In this document: in pieces, positions 47,969 to 58,723 of the stretch
Layout of the letters: each line of letters starts with the position of its first letter
Numbering within the stretch: position 1 is the stretch's first letter
NCBI GenBank assembly: GCA_017503805.1
Contig: JAFVSJ010000007.1
Coordinates: forward strand, 9,878 to 73,877
DNA from: Tidjanibacter sp.
Lineage (GTDB): Bacteria > Bacteroidota > Bacteroidia > Bacteroidales > Rikenellaceae
Reading direction: 5' to 3'
DNA: 64,000 bases
Position numbers and translations under genes: made by a program
Notes under the pieces: generated by a model
What the model saw: the letters and a program-made list of their open reading frames with translations, nothing else
What the model was told of the DNA's origin: nothing
The model's database searches: none

Positions 47969-49066
47969 CTACATATTCGAGGTGAGTTTGCGCACCAACT
48001 TGAGGTTATAGAGGAACTCCTTTGCCAGCACTCGAGCAACCGTATAGGCAGGAATGGCCACAAGCATACCAATGATACCCGAGCAGCTACCCGCAACGAG
48101 TGTTACGATGAAAATCTCCAGCGGGTGGGCATTGACCTGACGTGAGAACACCCTCGGCGAGATGAGGTAATTGTCAACCGCCTGTGCCACAAGGATGGTG
48201 GCCGCAATGCAAATGACGATATATCCGATGGACATACCCGAAGCCCCCACAAAAGTGAGTCCCGAGAGGGCACTGATGATAAATCCTACCCACGGGCCCA
48301 CGTAGGGGATGATATTAAATGCACCCTCAACGAAGCCCACAAAGAGCGCATCTTTCACCTCGAAACCGAGGCAGACAAGTATTACTGCCACCACAATCAT
48401 CATCAGCGACATCTGTACAAAGACTCCAATAAAGTAGCGCGAAAGAAGCGAGGTGATAGACTCAACAGCGTTCTTCACATTCTGTTCATACTTGGTGGGG
48501 GCTATGGCGAGCAGAATATTGAGGAAGAGTCCCTCCTCCTTCATAAAGTAGAATGCTATGAAGCTGATACTCACCGCAGCCACGACCACGTCACCCGCCA
48601 CCGAAAAGATAGACGACACAACCGAGGTAAGGCTGCCCTTCTCAACCCATTCGGCCACCTGAGTAGTAAACATCTCGGTGAGAGAGTTCTGCGAGATTTC
48701 CATCTTGAAGTACTTCTCCAAGAAGAGTCCGAGTTCGGTCATAGGCTCACGGAGTGAGGAGAGCAGACTCTGATAGTCGAGGTGTGCGAGGTCGCTCAGT
48801 TTTCCCGAAATGAGGGGTATGAAGATGATGAAAATGAGCAAAATGAGGCACCACACCGCAATCACACCCACGATTGCTGCCACCCAACGGGGAATATTTC
48901 GGCCAAAGAGCTTCGCAGCCGCCACACGCGACACAAGCGGTTGGGCCATAATGGCAAGCACGCCCGCAATGAGGATATAGAAAACAATGTCGCCAAAGAA
49001 CCAAAAGACCGCCACAGTAGCGGCAAGTGCGAGCAGTCCAAGCAGGTATTTATGGATATTATTCAT
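47969..49066 (-). CDS. AI-2E (PerM) family transporter
   Basis: NIIPYVGP, DNYLISPRVF, HPLEIF and GMLVAIP motifs. Confidence 0.9.
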   Translation of the reverse strand: MNNIHKYLLGLLALAATVAVFWFFGDIVFYILIAGVLAIMAQPLVSRVAAAKLFGRNIPRWVAAIVGVIAVWCLILLIFIIFIPLISGKLSDLAHLDYQSLLSSLREPMTELGLFLEKYFKMEISQNSLTEMFTTQVAEWVEKGSLTSVVSSIFSVAGDVVVAAVSISFIAFYFMKEEGLFLNILLAIAPTKYEQNVKNAVESITSLLSRYFIGVFVQMSLMMIVVAVILVCLGFEVKDALFVGFVEGAFNIIPYVGPWVGFIISALSGLTFVGASGMSIGYIVICIAATILVAQAVDNYLISPRVFSRQVNAHPLEIFIVTLVAGSCSGIIGMLVAIPAYTVARVLAKEFLYNLKLVRKLTSNM

Positions 49067-49118
49067 CTATTAGTCAGGTTTTACACAAAAAAAATCTATC
49101 CACACTATGATTCCGACC

Positions 49119-49790
49119 CTATTTAGGAAGTCTTACGAGTGGTGTTTGAGAGCCCACAACCTTCTCATTGAGAGAAACAAGCACCTCGCTACCAAGCGGC
49201 ACAAAGACATCTACCCTTGAGCCAAACTTAATGCAGCCCACCTTCTGGTTCTGTTCCAAGCGGTCGCCGACTTCGGGGTAGCAGACTATGCGGCGTGCAA
49301 TCCAACCGGCAATCTGTCGGAATACGACCACCCCACTCTTCTCTGTCTTCACGCCCACCGTCGTATGCTCATTGAGCGAAGAGCTCTTGGGGCTCCAAGC
49401 CAGCAGAAACTCGCCATCGAAATGCTCCTTGTGGATGACCTCGCCCGCTACGGGTGACCAATTGACGTGGACATTGTAGAAATTCATATAGACCGAGAGT
49501 TGCAGGCATCTTCCGCCCATAACCTCCGGTCCATCGACCTCCTCAATCACCACCACCTTGCCGTCTGCAGGGGCATAAACCAACTCCTCGTCTCGAAGTT
49601 GTTTTCTCTCGGGTTCGCGGAAGAAGTAGATGAAAAAGATAATCCTCCAGAGCAGGAATCCATCCACCAAAAGCAACACCCACCAGGGCCACTCAAATTT
49701 GAGTGCTGTTGCGGTGACCACACCTATTATAATAATAAAAACAAGGGTATTTATTCGGATACCCACCAAACCCTCTTTGTTTATTTTCAT
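49119..49790 (-). CDS. psd: Phosphatidylserine decarboxylase proenzyme
   Basis: FFREPER, APADGKV, NVHVNWSP, RQIAGWIARRI and the FGSRVD self-cleavage site. Confidence 0.92.
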   Translation of the reverse strand: MKINKEGLVGIRINTLVFIIIIGVVTATALKFEWPWWVLLLVDGFLLWRIIFFIYFFREPERKQLRDEELVYAPADGKVVVIEEVDGPEVMGGRCLQLSVYMNFYNVHVNWSPVAGEVIHKEHFDGEFLLAWSPKSSSLNEHTTVGVKTEKSGVVVFRQIAGWIARRIVCYPEVGDRLEQNQKVGCIKFGSRVDVFVPLGSEVLVSLNEKVVGSQTPLVRLPK

Positions 49791-50602
49791 AGTCCTACGA
49801 TAATTATGTAGAGATAAGCTACAGGGGCGGCCAAGAGCAGAGCATCGAACCTATCGAGCATACCGCCGTGGCCGGGGATGAGGTTGCCCGAGTCCTTCAG
49901 GCCGCACTCCCTCTTAATCTTCGATTCGAGCAGGTCGCCCACTACACCCGCAAGTGCGATGGCGAGTCCGAGACCTCCCCACTCATAGATGTTGCCCTCC
50001 ATCATATAGCCCGCAGCCATAGCAAATGCCACCGCGAAAAGCAGACCTCCTACGAAGCCCTCCCACGACTTCTTGGGCGAAATGGTGGGGCACATTTTAT
50101 GTCGACCAATGGAGCAACCTACAAGGTAGGCAAATATGTCATTTACCCATACGGTGAAGATTACCATCAGCACCTTGGCGGCCTCCCACTCTCCCGAGCC
50201 GCTACCAATCAGCACAAAGAGTGATAGGGGCAGCGCGATGTAGAGCAACATCAGCGATGCTACGGCCGTATTGACAAGTGTGGTGCTACTCTTGCGGAAA
50301 ACCTCATAGATAAATATCATCGGCACAAACATCAGGCCCACGAGCACCATAAGAGGTGAGGACTCGAATGCCACACCCAAAATCCACCCCACTCCGAGGC
50401 AGAGGGTGAGTAGTATGGGAGGGTTGGAGTCGGGCACACGTGTGGTAGCCATCTCGAATAGTTCTATCATAGCCCCAACTGAGATGAACGAGGCCAACAC
50501 AGCGGTAGGCCAAACGCCCCAGAGGATGGCTCCTACAACCACAATTCCGAGCACAGCACCACTTGCGGTGCGCACTCCAAGATTCTTACCTTTGAGTCCC
50601 AT
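49787..50602 (-). CDS. cdsA: Phosphatidate cytidylyltransferase
   Basis: ISPKKSWEG, GDLLESKIKR and KDSGNLIPGHGGMLDRFD motifs. Confidence 0.94.
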   Translation of the reverse strand: MGLKGKNLGVRTASGAVLGIVVVGAILWGVWPTAVLASFISVGAMIELFEMATTRVPDSNPPILLTLCLGVGWILGVAFESSPLMVLVGLMFVPMIFIYEVFRKSSTTLVNTAVASLMLLYIALPLSLFVLIGSGSGEWEAAKVLMVIFTVWVNDIFAYLVGCSIGRHKMCPTISPKKSWEGFVGGLLFAVAFAMAAGYMMEGNIYEWGGLGLAIALAGVVGDLLESKIKRECGLKDSGNLIPGHGGMLDRFDALLLAAPVAYLYIIIVGL

Positions 50603-50713
50603 AGTATCTTTACGTTCGGAGTCGGGCACAGCACACTGCACCCAACTCCATTTAGATTTGATTAGTCTGTTTATCAGAGTGTTGCGAGCAGCATCATTGC
50701 CCGCGATTCGCCA

Positions 50714-52804
50714 CTACTTATCGGTAATGGTATAGTGAGGCTCTACCGACTCCTCCTGATGCTCGGATGCGATTTCAGCCACATCCTCGGCATCGGTGGC
50801 AGGCTCTTGCCTTTCGGTCTCTGCACTCTCCTTCGCTGCCCTTGCTTGCTCCTCGGCCTCACGCTCCAAATCCTTCTTGCGTTTACCAAAGATGCGTTCC
50901 AAGTCCTCGGCAAAGACTACCTCCTTTTCGAGCAACAATTCTGCCAGCTCGGTGAGTCCGTCACGATACTCGGTAAGGATTGCAGTGGCCATCTCAAATG
51001 CCTTGTCGATTAGCGCCTTAGCCTCGGTGTCGATGAGTATGGAGGTCTCCTCGCCGTAGGGTTTGGAGAATGCGAAATCGCTCTGGCCCGTAGAGTCATA
51101 GAAGGAGCGGTTGCCCACTTTATCGCTCATACCGTAGTAGCTCACCATAGCATAAGACATCTTGGTTGCACGCTCAAGATCGTTGAGTGCTCCCGTGGAA
51201 ATCTCTCCAAAGTTGAGCAACTCCGAAGCCCTACCTGCCAAGAGCGATGCCATCTCGTGCATCATCTGCTCGGTGGTGGTAATCTGTCGCTCCTCGGGGA
51301 GATACCAAGCAGCACCCAGAGCTCTGCCGCGAGGAATGATGGTAACTTTCACAAGCGGATTGGCGTGCTCGAGCAACCAACTCACAGTTGCGTGGCCTGC
51401 CTCGTGGTATGCAATGGTGCGTTTTTCCTGTTTGGTTATGACCTTGCTCTTCTTCTCAAGGCCTCCTATGATGCGGTCTACGGCAGCGAGGAAGTCCTCC
51501 TTGCCGATAGCTTTTTTGTCGTGACGAGCTGCGATGAGGGCAGCCTCGTTGCATACATTTGCAATATCTGCACCCGAGAATCCGGGGGTCTGCTTGGCGA
51601 GGAACTCCACGTTTACATCGTCGGCAAGTTTGAGTCGCCTCATATGAACCCCGAAGATGGCCTCACGCTCCTTGAGTTCGGGCAAACCTACGTCAATCTG
51701 CCTATCGAACCTACCGGCACGCATCAACGCCTTATCGAGAATATCCACACGGTTGGTGGCCGCAAGCACAATAACACCCGAGTTGGAACCGAAACCATCC
51801 ATCTCGGTAAGCAGCTGGTTGAGAGTGTTTTCCCTCTCGTCGTTGCCCGAGAAACCTGCGTTCTTACCCCTTGCCCTACCGATGGCATCAATCTCATCTA
51901 TGAATACGATGCAGGGGGCTTTGGCCTTGGCCTGCGAGAAGAGATCCCTCACACGCGAAGCACCCACACCCACAAACATCTCCACAAAGTCGCTGCCGCT
52001 AATCGAGAAGAACGGTACGTTTGCCTCGCCTGCAACAGCCTTGGCAAGCAGTGTCTTACCCGTTCCGGGAGGGCCTACAAGGAGTGCACCCTTGGGAATC
52101 TTGCCACCAAGGTCGCGGTATTTTTCGGGCTTGCGGAGGAAATCCACAATCTCCATAATCTCCACTTTGGCCTCCTCGAGACCTGCAACATCTTTGAATG
52201 TGATGCGATCCTTGTTATCCTTGTCGTATATCTGCGCCTTGGATTTGCCCACGTTCATCACTCCATTTTGCCCTGCCGCACCACGCGAAGCCGAGCGGAA
52301 CATCATCAGTATGAATACCAAGAAGATGAGATAGGGCAATATTCCGAGCAGATCACGCCATACGGAGGAGGGGTACTCATAGGCAGGTACGGGTACCTCC
52401 ACGCCATACTTTTCGCCAATCTGTGCGAGGTCTGTGCGGAAGATGTCGGGGTTACCAATGTTATAGGTAAATTGGTAGTTATCAATGGGGATGCCATTGT
52501 ATCCGGGTTTGGTACGGTAGGCCTCCACCACATCGCGTCGGAGCCAGATGTGGGCAGCGCGATCGTTGACCACCTCTATTTTATCCACATCACCTGCTAC
52601 GATCATCTCTTCGAGGGCCTTCCAATTGGTCTTTACGGGTTTCTCCGAACTGCTGAAGATCTGCAGCGCAAAGAGTCCCACAAGCAGAACGCTCCAAAAA
52701 CTAAAAATCCACGAGAGCGCTCCTCTTCTTGGGCGTGGACCACCCATAGGCGGACGCTGGCCGCCATTTCCCTGATTGGGGTTGTTAGTGTTCTTATTTT
52801 CCAT
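50714..52804 (-). CDS. ftsH: ATP-dependent zinc metalloprotease FtsH
   Basis: Two TMs, GPPGTGKT, FIDEID, SRH region and HEAGH. Confidence 0.97.
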   Translation of the reverse strand: MENKNTNNPNQGNGGQRPPMGGPRPRRGALSWIFSFWSVLLVGLFALQIFSSSEKPVKTNWKALEEMIVAGDVDKIEVVNDRAAHIWLRRDVVEAYRTKPGYNGIPIDNYQFTYNIGNPDIFRTDLAQIGEKYGVEVPVPAYEYPSSVWRDLLGILPYLIFLVFILMMFRSASRGAAGQNGVMNVGKSKAQIYDKDNKDRITFKDVAGLEEAKVEIMEIVDFLRKPEKYRDLGGKIPKGALLVGPPGTGKTLLAKAVAGEANVPFFSISGSDFVEMFVGVGASRVRDLFSQAKAKAPCIVFIDEIDAIGRARGKNAGFSGNDERENTLNQLLTEMDGFGSNSGVIVLAATNRVDILDKALMRAGRFDRQIDVGLPELKEREAIFGVHMRRLKLADDVNVEFLAKQTPGFSGADIANVCNEAALIAARHDKKAIGKEDFLAAVDRIIGGLEKKSKVITKQEKRTIAYHEAGHATVSWLLEHANPLVKVTIIPRGRALGAAWYLPEERQITTTEQMMHEMASLLAGRASELLNFGEISTGALNDLERATKMSYAMVSYYGMSDKVGNRSFYDSTGQSDFAFSKPYGEETSILIDTEAKALIDKAFEMATAILTEYRDGLTELAELLLEKEVVFAEDLERIFGKRKKDLEREAEEQARAAKESAETERQEPATDAEDVAEIASEHQEESVEPHYTITDK

Positions 52805-52933
52805 TTGTTGGTTTTAGTTCTCTTCTTTCTATGTTTTTTGCACTCATAACTAACGTGACTTTCGGTGGATTATTATACCAAGACCCACCAAAAAGTCACA
52901 CCGTCTAACTGCTCTATCAGTGCCGTCATCTTT

Positions 52934-53284
52934 CTACTCCTCCGACTCGTAGCGAGTAGCGGGGGCATCGGCCCAGAGTTGCTCGAGGCGGTAGTAGTCC
53001 CTCAAGGGGGTGAGGAAGATGTGGACCATCACATCCACATAGTCGATAGCAATCCAAGCTGCATTGGTCTTACCCTCCACCCTGCGAGGCGACTCGCCGA
53101 GTTTCTCTTCGAGGTGCTCAACAATGCCGTCGGCGATAGCATCCACCTGCGTAGTGGAGTCGGCATTGCAGACTACAAAAGCGTCGCAGATGGTACCTTC
53201 GAGTGCGCTCAAGTCGAGCGAAACGATGTTGTGGCCTTTTTTGTCTTGGATGGCCTCAACAATGTTGTCAATCAGTTTTTGCAT
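52934..53284 (-). CDS. rsfS: Ribosome silencing factor
   Basis: QDKKG, WIAIDYVDVMVHIF and RDYYRLEQLW motifs. Confidence 0.94.
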   Translation of the reverse strand: MQKLIDNIVEAIQDKKGHNIVSLDLSALEGTICDAFVVCNADSTTQVDAIADGIVEHLEEKLGESPRRVEGKTNAAWIAIDYVDVMVHIFLTPLRDYYRLEQLWADAPATRYESEE

Positions 53285-53374
53285 AGTTTTCTTATCTTTT
53301 TCGTTTCTCGATTATTATCTCTCTGTATATTTTCCTCTACAGTGTTGCACCCCCTTTGGGCATCACAGAGTAGG

Positions 53375-54298
53375 CTACATAAACTTGTTCCAAGCAGGCT
53401 GTGCGGGCCTCTTCTTCACGCACTCCATAATCGTATCGCGCAGTGCGGTGATGATGGTCTCCTTGGCGTAGGTGCGACGCACGCCCACCACAATTTTCCT
53501 CGATGCGGCACCTTTGGCGAGGGTTTTCACCCTACTGCGCAAGTTATCGGGGATGTAGGGCAGAGCCATCTCGGGTATGATGGTGAGCATATCCGTAGCA
53601 TCCACAATTCTCATAACCGTTTCGAGCGAGCCGCTACGCAGCGTGTAGGGCAATTCGTGTAGGCGGTGGGAGCCACAGAGTTCAATGACCTGATCCCTCA
53701 AACAATGTCCCTCGGCAAGCAGTATGAGGTCTTTGGAGTAGATATCCTCGATGCGTAGGTTGGTGCGGGCCGAGAGTGGGTTTTCGGGCGAGACGTAGGC
53801 ATAGAATCTATCGTCGAATAGTTCCTGCTCGGTGATGCGATCGGGGCAGGTGCCTCCTGCAAGCAGAGCCGCATCAAGCTCGTCGCTATCCATAGCTTTG
53901 ACGATATCGGGGGTGATCATCTCCCTGATTTCGAGATCTACCTTGGGGTATTTTTCGCCAAAGGTATGGAGGAACTGCGGGAGCAGATAGGGGGCGATTG
54001 TGGGGATTACTCCGAGTCGGAGTTTGCCCGCAATGCTACCCTTGAGTTCGGCCACGCACTCGCGCACATTATTGTAGGCGAGCAGGGCCTCTTTGGCCTT
54101 CTCTATGACGAGAGCACCCACTTGTGTGGGCACTACAGGTTTTTTGGAACGGTCGAGCAAGACCACTCCGAGCTCCTCTTCGAGGTTTTTGATCTGCATA
54201 CTGAGTGAGGGCTGTGTGACAAAGCATATCTCACTTGCCTTGGAGAAGTTGCCGCAGTTGGCCACCGCCAGCAGATATTCGAGTTGTATTATTGTCAT
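53375..54298 (-). CDS. oxyR: Peroxide-sensing LysR regulator OxyR
   Basis: LysR HTH, GVIPTIAPYLLP and the redox Cys pair in GHCLRDQVIELC. Confidence 0.88.
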   Translation of the reverse strand: MTIIQLEYLLAVANCGNFSKASEICFVTQPSLSMQIKNLEEELGVVLLDRSKKPVVPTQVGALVIEKAKEALLAYNNVRECVAELKGSIAGKLRLGVIPTIAPYLLPQFLHTFGEKYPKVDLEIREMITPDIVKAMDSDELDAALLAGGTCPDRITEQELFDDRFYAYVSPENPLSARTNLRIEDIYSKDLILLAEGHCLRDQVIELCGSHRLHELPYTLRSGSLETVMRIVDATDMLTIIPEMALPYIPDNLRSRVKTLAKGAASRKIVVGVRRTYAKETIITALRDTIMECVKKRPAQPAWNKFM

Positions 54299-54363
54299 AG
54301 GATAAGTTTCTCGCCTCTATTCTATCGGTTTGGGATTGGAAAGTTATTTGCCTGAGTGGGCGA

Positions 54364-54723
54364 TTAGTGGGCAATAAGCCACTTGTCGTCGCGGAGTATG
54401 AGGTTGTAGGTAGCCTCTATGCGCTGACCATTGGCAAGTATCACCGCAGCATCCACAGTGGCATCATCGACCCCCACGCTGCTACCCAGCAGCTGAAATT
54501 CCTTCACACCGCCCGCAGCCTGCAACTCGCCACACTGCTCGGCAAAGATGGACACATAGAGTTCCACCTCCTCGGGCTCGGCATCCATCAGCTCCACAGC
54601 CCCGGTATAGTCTCCTTCGGAGAGCTGTTTCCAGCACCTCTCCACCACCTTCTCGGGGTTCTTCGTACCGCCGCAACCCATCATCAGCAGGGCCGCAGCA
54701 GCAATTGCCATAATACGTTTCAT
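54364..54723 (-). CDS. Small lipoprotein (DUF4878-like)
   Basis: Lipobox MMGCG, PEKVVE...LSEGDY and terminal DKWLI. Confidence 0.7.
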   Translation of the reverse strand: MKRIMAIAAAALLMMGCGGTKNPEKVVERCWKQLSEGDYTGAVELMDAEPEEVELYVSIFAEQCGELQAAGGVKEFQLLGSSVGVDDATVDAAVILANGQRIEATYNLILRDDKWLIAH

Positions 54724-54796
54724 ATATCTCTATTATAGTTCGTTTTTAGTTTTCTATTTCGCTCTCTTTCCGCTCGGCCATTAGGTCTCGCCCACT

Positions 54797-57700
54797 CTAA
54801 TTCAGCAGCACATACTCTCCACACTTGTGCATATAGCCCGCCTTGCCATCCATCTGCAGCGCGGCATAGCCACCGCTGAAGTCGGTTATGCGGTCGAAGA
54901 TTGGCTCTCGCAGCACCTTGCCATCTTTGTCGACAAGACCTCGTTTGCCATCTTTCATAACGGGAGCAACTCCCTCGGTGAAGTAGCCCACAGCATCGTA
55001 GATGCAGGCCACGAACTCCCTGCCATCGGGTCCGACAAATCCCCATTTGCCGCCATAGCATACGGCAAAAACATTGTCTCCGATGGGGCGTACCTTCTCA
55101 TAGAGACAGGGGACCACCTCGCCACCGCGCATATCTACAGCACCACAACGCTCTCCGCGCCACACAACAGCAAATCCGTTGACAAACGACTCGGCTCGTT
55201 CATAACGGCAGGTGAAGACCGTACGGCCCGCCGGATTGATAAACTCGAAGCTATCTCTGTGGCGCACCAGCGCAACACCCTCCTTGAAAGGTTGGGCGCT
55301 CTCATATTGGGGCTCAATAATCTCCGTTCCGAGAGCATCAATATAGCCCCACTTGCCGTCGACCATCACCGCAGCATAGCCCTCCGAGAAGGGAGCCACT
55401 GCACCATATTTGCACTCCACAAGGACTCGGCCCGTATCCGAAACGATGCCGTAGCGACCTTTGTAGCCCACCACCACATTGCCCGTCGAGGAGATGCGTT
55501 CGCCACGGAAGTCGTAGAGGCAGTTGCCTCGGTGGTCGATATAGTAATCTATATTGTTGAGAGTGGCAGCCGCCAGACCTCCCTCGTAGCTCTCGGCCCT
55601 ATCGAATCGAGGTGAGATGACCACTCGGCCTTCGGTGTCGATGTAGCCCCACTTGCCACTCTCCGCCTTAACCGCAGCCACACCCTCCGCAAAGGGACGC
55701 ACATCGAGGTAGGTGGGAGGGACAACCACACTGCCATCTCTACCCAAAAATCCCCAGCGACCGCGACTCTTGACTGCCGCCCTACCCTCGCTGAGACTCC
55801 CTGCCTCCTCATATTTGCAGATAACCACCTCGTGGCCTGCCTCGTCGATAAATCCGTAACGGCCATTGTTGACCACCACAGCCAGATCCTCACTGAAGGG
55901 AGCAATATAGTCATACTTGCAGGGGACAATCTCTCTACCACCCGTACCGATGACACCCCACTTACCATTCTGCGCCACAAAGGCCATATCCTGTTCTCCG
56001 TAGCCGCTGGTGTTACTATAGCGGCAGGGGACTATCATATTGCCACCATCATCTACAAAGCCCCAACGCACCCCTTTACGCACAGCGTGGAGTGCATTGC
56101 CCTCACGGTAGTAAATCTCGTCCCACTCAGGAGCAATAACCACCGTACCATCGGCTCCGACAACACCCATATTGGCCCCACTACTTACCAAATAGTGACC
56201 ACTCGAAGAGGCACTCTCCTCGACCTTCGTTATGGTGTCATAGGTAACTGCGCTATTCTGTGCCACATCCACCACAGTGGAGCCTATAATCATACGGCCC
56301 GAGCCCTCTTCGGCCAAGTGTGCGGGCATAACCATCTCATAATCGGCGTTCATAACGCCCCACTTATCATCTATCCTCACCCAAGCAAAGTTGCCATTGA
56401 ACTGAGGGCGCAAGTCGAGTTTCGGTTCCACCACCACTCGACCCTCTCTCGAGATGACACCCCAGCCGCCGAGCCATTCGTACCATATCTGGTCACTATC
56501 GCCAAAGTCGGGCACTTCACTAAAAGTGGCCTCGCAGAGCACCTCACCCTTGCGGCTGACTACACCCCAGCGGTTGTTCCACTTCACCCAGAGGGTTTCG
56601 GCTCCTCGGAATTCGGGTTTTGCGGCGAGTATAGGTCGGAGCACAACTCGACCCTCATAGCTGATGACACCCCAAGCGTCACCCCAGAGTGCCCACGTCT
56701 GGCCGTATTCGTCAAACTCGGGTACGCTCTTCAGCAGGGGGTTCATCTTCACCTCGCCCTCGCGCGAAATGATACCCCACGCACCGTTCCACTTGGCCCA
56801 AGCGGTATCACGTTCGCCAAACTGCGGGCGCTCATCAAGTTGGGCTTCGAGTATGACGCTACCATCGTAGCCCACAACACCCCACTTGCCGTTCCACTTC
56901 GACCAACTGCGGTCGCTACCATCGGTGAATATCGGACGCGACTCAAGGTAGGCATCAAATACCACCCTGCCATCGGGGGCCAGCGCTCCCCACTTGCCGT
57001 TCCACTCAACCCAAGCCACTCCACCTCGGTCGAAGGAGGGTTTGGCTACGAGTTGCGCGTCGAAGAGCACTTTGCCCTTGCGGTCCACTACGCCCCACTT
57101 GCCGTTCCACATTGTCCAAGCGTAGTACTTATCTCCGAATCGGGGTTGTTCGGCCACCTCTACCTCGGAGAGAATCTCTCCCTCACGGCTGACCACAATC
57201 CAACCGCCGTCGGTCTCTACCCACGCACTCTGGTCACTACCGAAAAGGGGTAATTCGGCAGCCGTTGGAGGCAATATCACCTCTCCATTGTGGCGCACAA
57301 CACCCCATCTGCCGTTCCACTTGGCCCAGGCAACATCGCCTTCGCCAAACATCGGGCGCGACTCAATGATCGCATCGAACAGCAACGCACCCGAACGCGC
57401 CACCGCACCCCAACGGTTATTCCACTTGGTCCACGCCACTCCATCTTCACCAAAGATGGGACGTTCCTCCATCACAAAGTCAAAAACAACATTGCCCGAG
57501 TTGCCCACAGCACCCCAAAGCAATCCGTTGCGCACCCACGCTATTCCTGCCTCATCGAAGAGAGGTTTCTCACCGAGTTGTGCATCGAATACCACTCGGC
57601 CTTCTCTATCGACAGCACCCCAACGGCCATTCCATTCGTTCCAAGAGACATTGCCCGTAAACATTGGCAGGCTGGCCAAGACGGGTTCGAAGATAATCTC

Positions 57701-58495
57701 GCCGCTCTCGGATAGTACTCCCCAACCGCCACTCCAGCGAGCCCACGCTTTGCCGTCGACAAATCGTTCCATCTGCTCCACCACGGGCTCAAATAGCACC
57801 TCTCCCGAGTGGCTTATCAATCCCCAACCTCCGTTCCAATGGCACCAGCTGCGGCCATCGGTAAACTCCGGGCGGGTGAACAGGTGGGGCTCAAAGAGCA
57901 CCTTACCCTCTTGGTCTATGGCACCCCATCCGCCACCCCAGCGAGTCCAGCATACGTTCTCAACATATTGCGGTCTTTCGTGTAGTGCGAAGTCGAAAAT
58001 CACCTCGCCGTCGGAGGAGATAAGTCCCCATCGCTCCTCTTTCTCCACCCAAGCACGTCCCTCTTCAAAGGGGGTAATCCGGTTAAATTGGGGCTCGAAG
58101 AGTTCCCTACCCTCCATTGTGAGCACACCCCAGAGGGAGCCATTGGCCATCCAAGCGCGTCCCTTGGAGATGGGTGCAATAGTGTCGTAGGTGGGCTCAA
58201 AGAGGTAGGATGCATCGCGTCGGAGGATGCCCCACTTGCTGTCAAACTTCACCCTCGCAAGAGTGTCGACAAAGTTATCGGTAGCGGCAAAGATGGCCTT
58301 CACCACAACCCTTCCATCCTCATCGGCATAGCCCCACGAGCCACGTCTTTCGATGGGATAGATTCGGCCCTCGAGGTTACGTCCTCGCAAGGTGCGGAGT
58401 TTGTATGGCTGCGAGTATGCACTCTGCGCCAGACAGAGCACAGCGAGGCAGAGCACCACCCTCAGGAGGTGCACCAGCCTTAGTTTCTTATACAT
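54797..58495 (-). CDS. Secreted WG-repeat (KWG) protein with about 34 repeats
   Basis: Signal peptide, then ~35-aa repeats of the type GKWGYIDxxGxxVIxPxY...FSEG; TATCTTTG promoter at 58569-58576. Start codon uncertain (58495 or 58510). Confidence 0.85.
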   Translation of the reverse strand: MYKKLRLVHLLRVVLCLAVLCLAQSAYSQPYKLRTLRGRNLEGRIYPIERRGSWGYADEDGRVVVKAIFAATDNFVDTLARVKFDSKWGILRRDASYLFEPTYDTIAPISKGRAWMANGSLWGVLTMEGRELFEPQFNRITPFEEGRAWVEKEERWGLISSDGEVIFDFALHERPQYVENVCWTRWGGGWGAIDQEGKVLFEPHLFTRPEFTDGRSWCHWNGGWGLISHSGEVLFEPVVEQMERFVDGKAWARWSGGWGVLSESGEIIFEPVLASLPMFTGNVSWNEWNGRWGAVDREGRVVFDAQLGEKPLFDEAGIAWVRNGLLWGAVGNSGNVVFDFVMEERPIFGEDGVAWTKWNNRWGAVARSGALLFDAIIESRPMFGEGDVAWAKWNGRWGVVRHNGEVILPPTAAELPLFGSDQSAWVETDGGWIVVSREGEILSEVEVAEQPRFGDKYYAWTMWNGKWGVVDRKGKVLFDAQLVAKPSFDRGGVAWVEWNGKWGALAPDGRVVFDAYLESRPIFTDGSDRSWSKWNGKWGVVGYDGSVILEAQLDERPQFGERDTAWAKWNGAWGIISREGEVKMNPLLKSVPEFDEYGQTWALWGDAWGVISYEGRVVLRPILAAKPEFRGAETLWVKWNNRWGVVSRKGEVLCEATFSEVPDFGDSDQIWYEWLGGWGVISREGRVVVEPKLDLRPQFNGNFAWVRIDDKWGVMNADYEMVMPAHLAEEGSGRMIIGSTVVDVAQNSAVTYDTITKVEESASSSGHYLVSSGANMGVVGADGTVVIAPEWDEIYYREGNALHAVRKGVRWGFVDDGGNMIVPCRYSNTSGYGEQDMAFVAQNGKWGVIGTGGREIVPCKYDYIAPFSEDLAVVVNNGRYGFIDEAGHEVVICKYEEAGSLSEGRAAVKSRGRWGFLGRDGSVVVPPTYLDVRPFAEGVAAVKAESGKWGYIDTEGRVVISPRFDRAESYEGGLAAATLNNIDYYIDHRGNCLYDFRGERISSTGNVVVGYKGRYGIVSDTGRVLVECKYGAVAPFSEGYAAVMVDGKWGYIDALGTEIIEPQYESAQPFKEGVALVRHRDSFEFINPAGRTVFTCRYERAESFVNGFAVVWRGERCGAVDMRGGEVVPCLYEKVRPIGDNVFAVCYGGKWGFVGPDGREFVACIYDAVGYFTEGVAPVMKDGKRGLVDKDGKVLREPIFDRITDFSGGYAALQMDGKAGYMHKCGEYVLLN

Positions 58496-58636
58496 AGCGC
58501 AGCTTTTCATCTCTTTACTTTCTCTCTTTTCGGGGCAGCACACTCACGGAGCATACCTCTTCAACTTGCAAAGATATTGAATCTCCTCGGAAACTCAAAT
58601 CTCCACAGCCTATTTTTTACAAAAAAATAGGAGCAC

Positions 58637-58668
58637 AAAAAAAGTGGCGGGACATCAAACCCGCCACT
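58637..58668 (-). terminator. Intrinsic terminator after murF
   Basis: agtggcggg...cccgccact with a 7-U run on the minus strand. Confidence 0.8.
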
Positions 58669-58723
58669 ACACTATCTGTTCTCGGCCACAGTCCGGAGCA
58701 ATTCACATCTGCCGCATCACCTG

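Noticed and set aside
58609-58631. cctatttttt-aca-aaaaaatagg palindrome
   Set aside because: A low-complexity A/T run between a terminator and a promoter; there is not enough evidence for a function.
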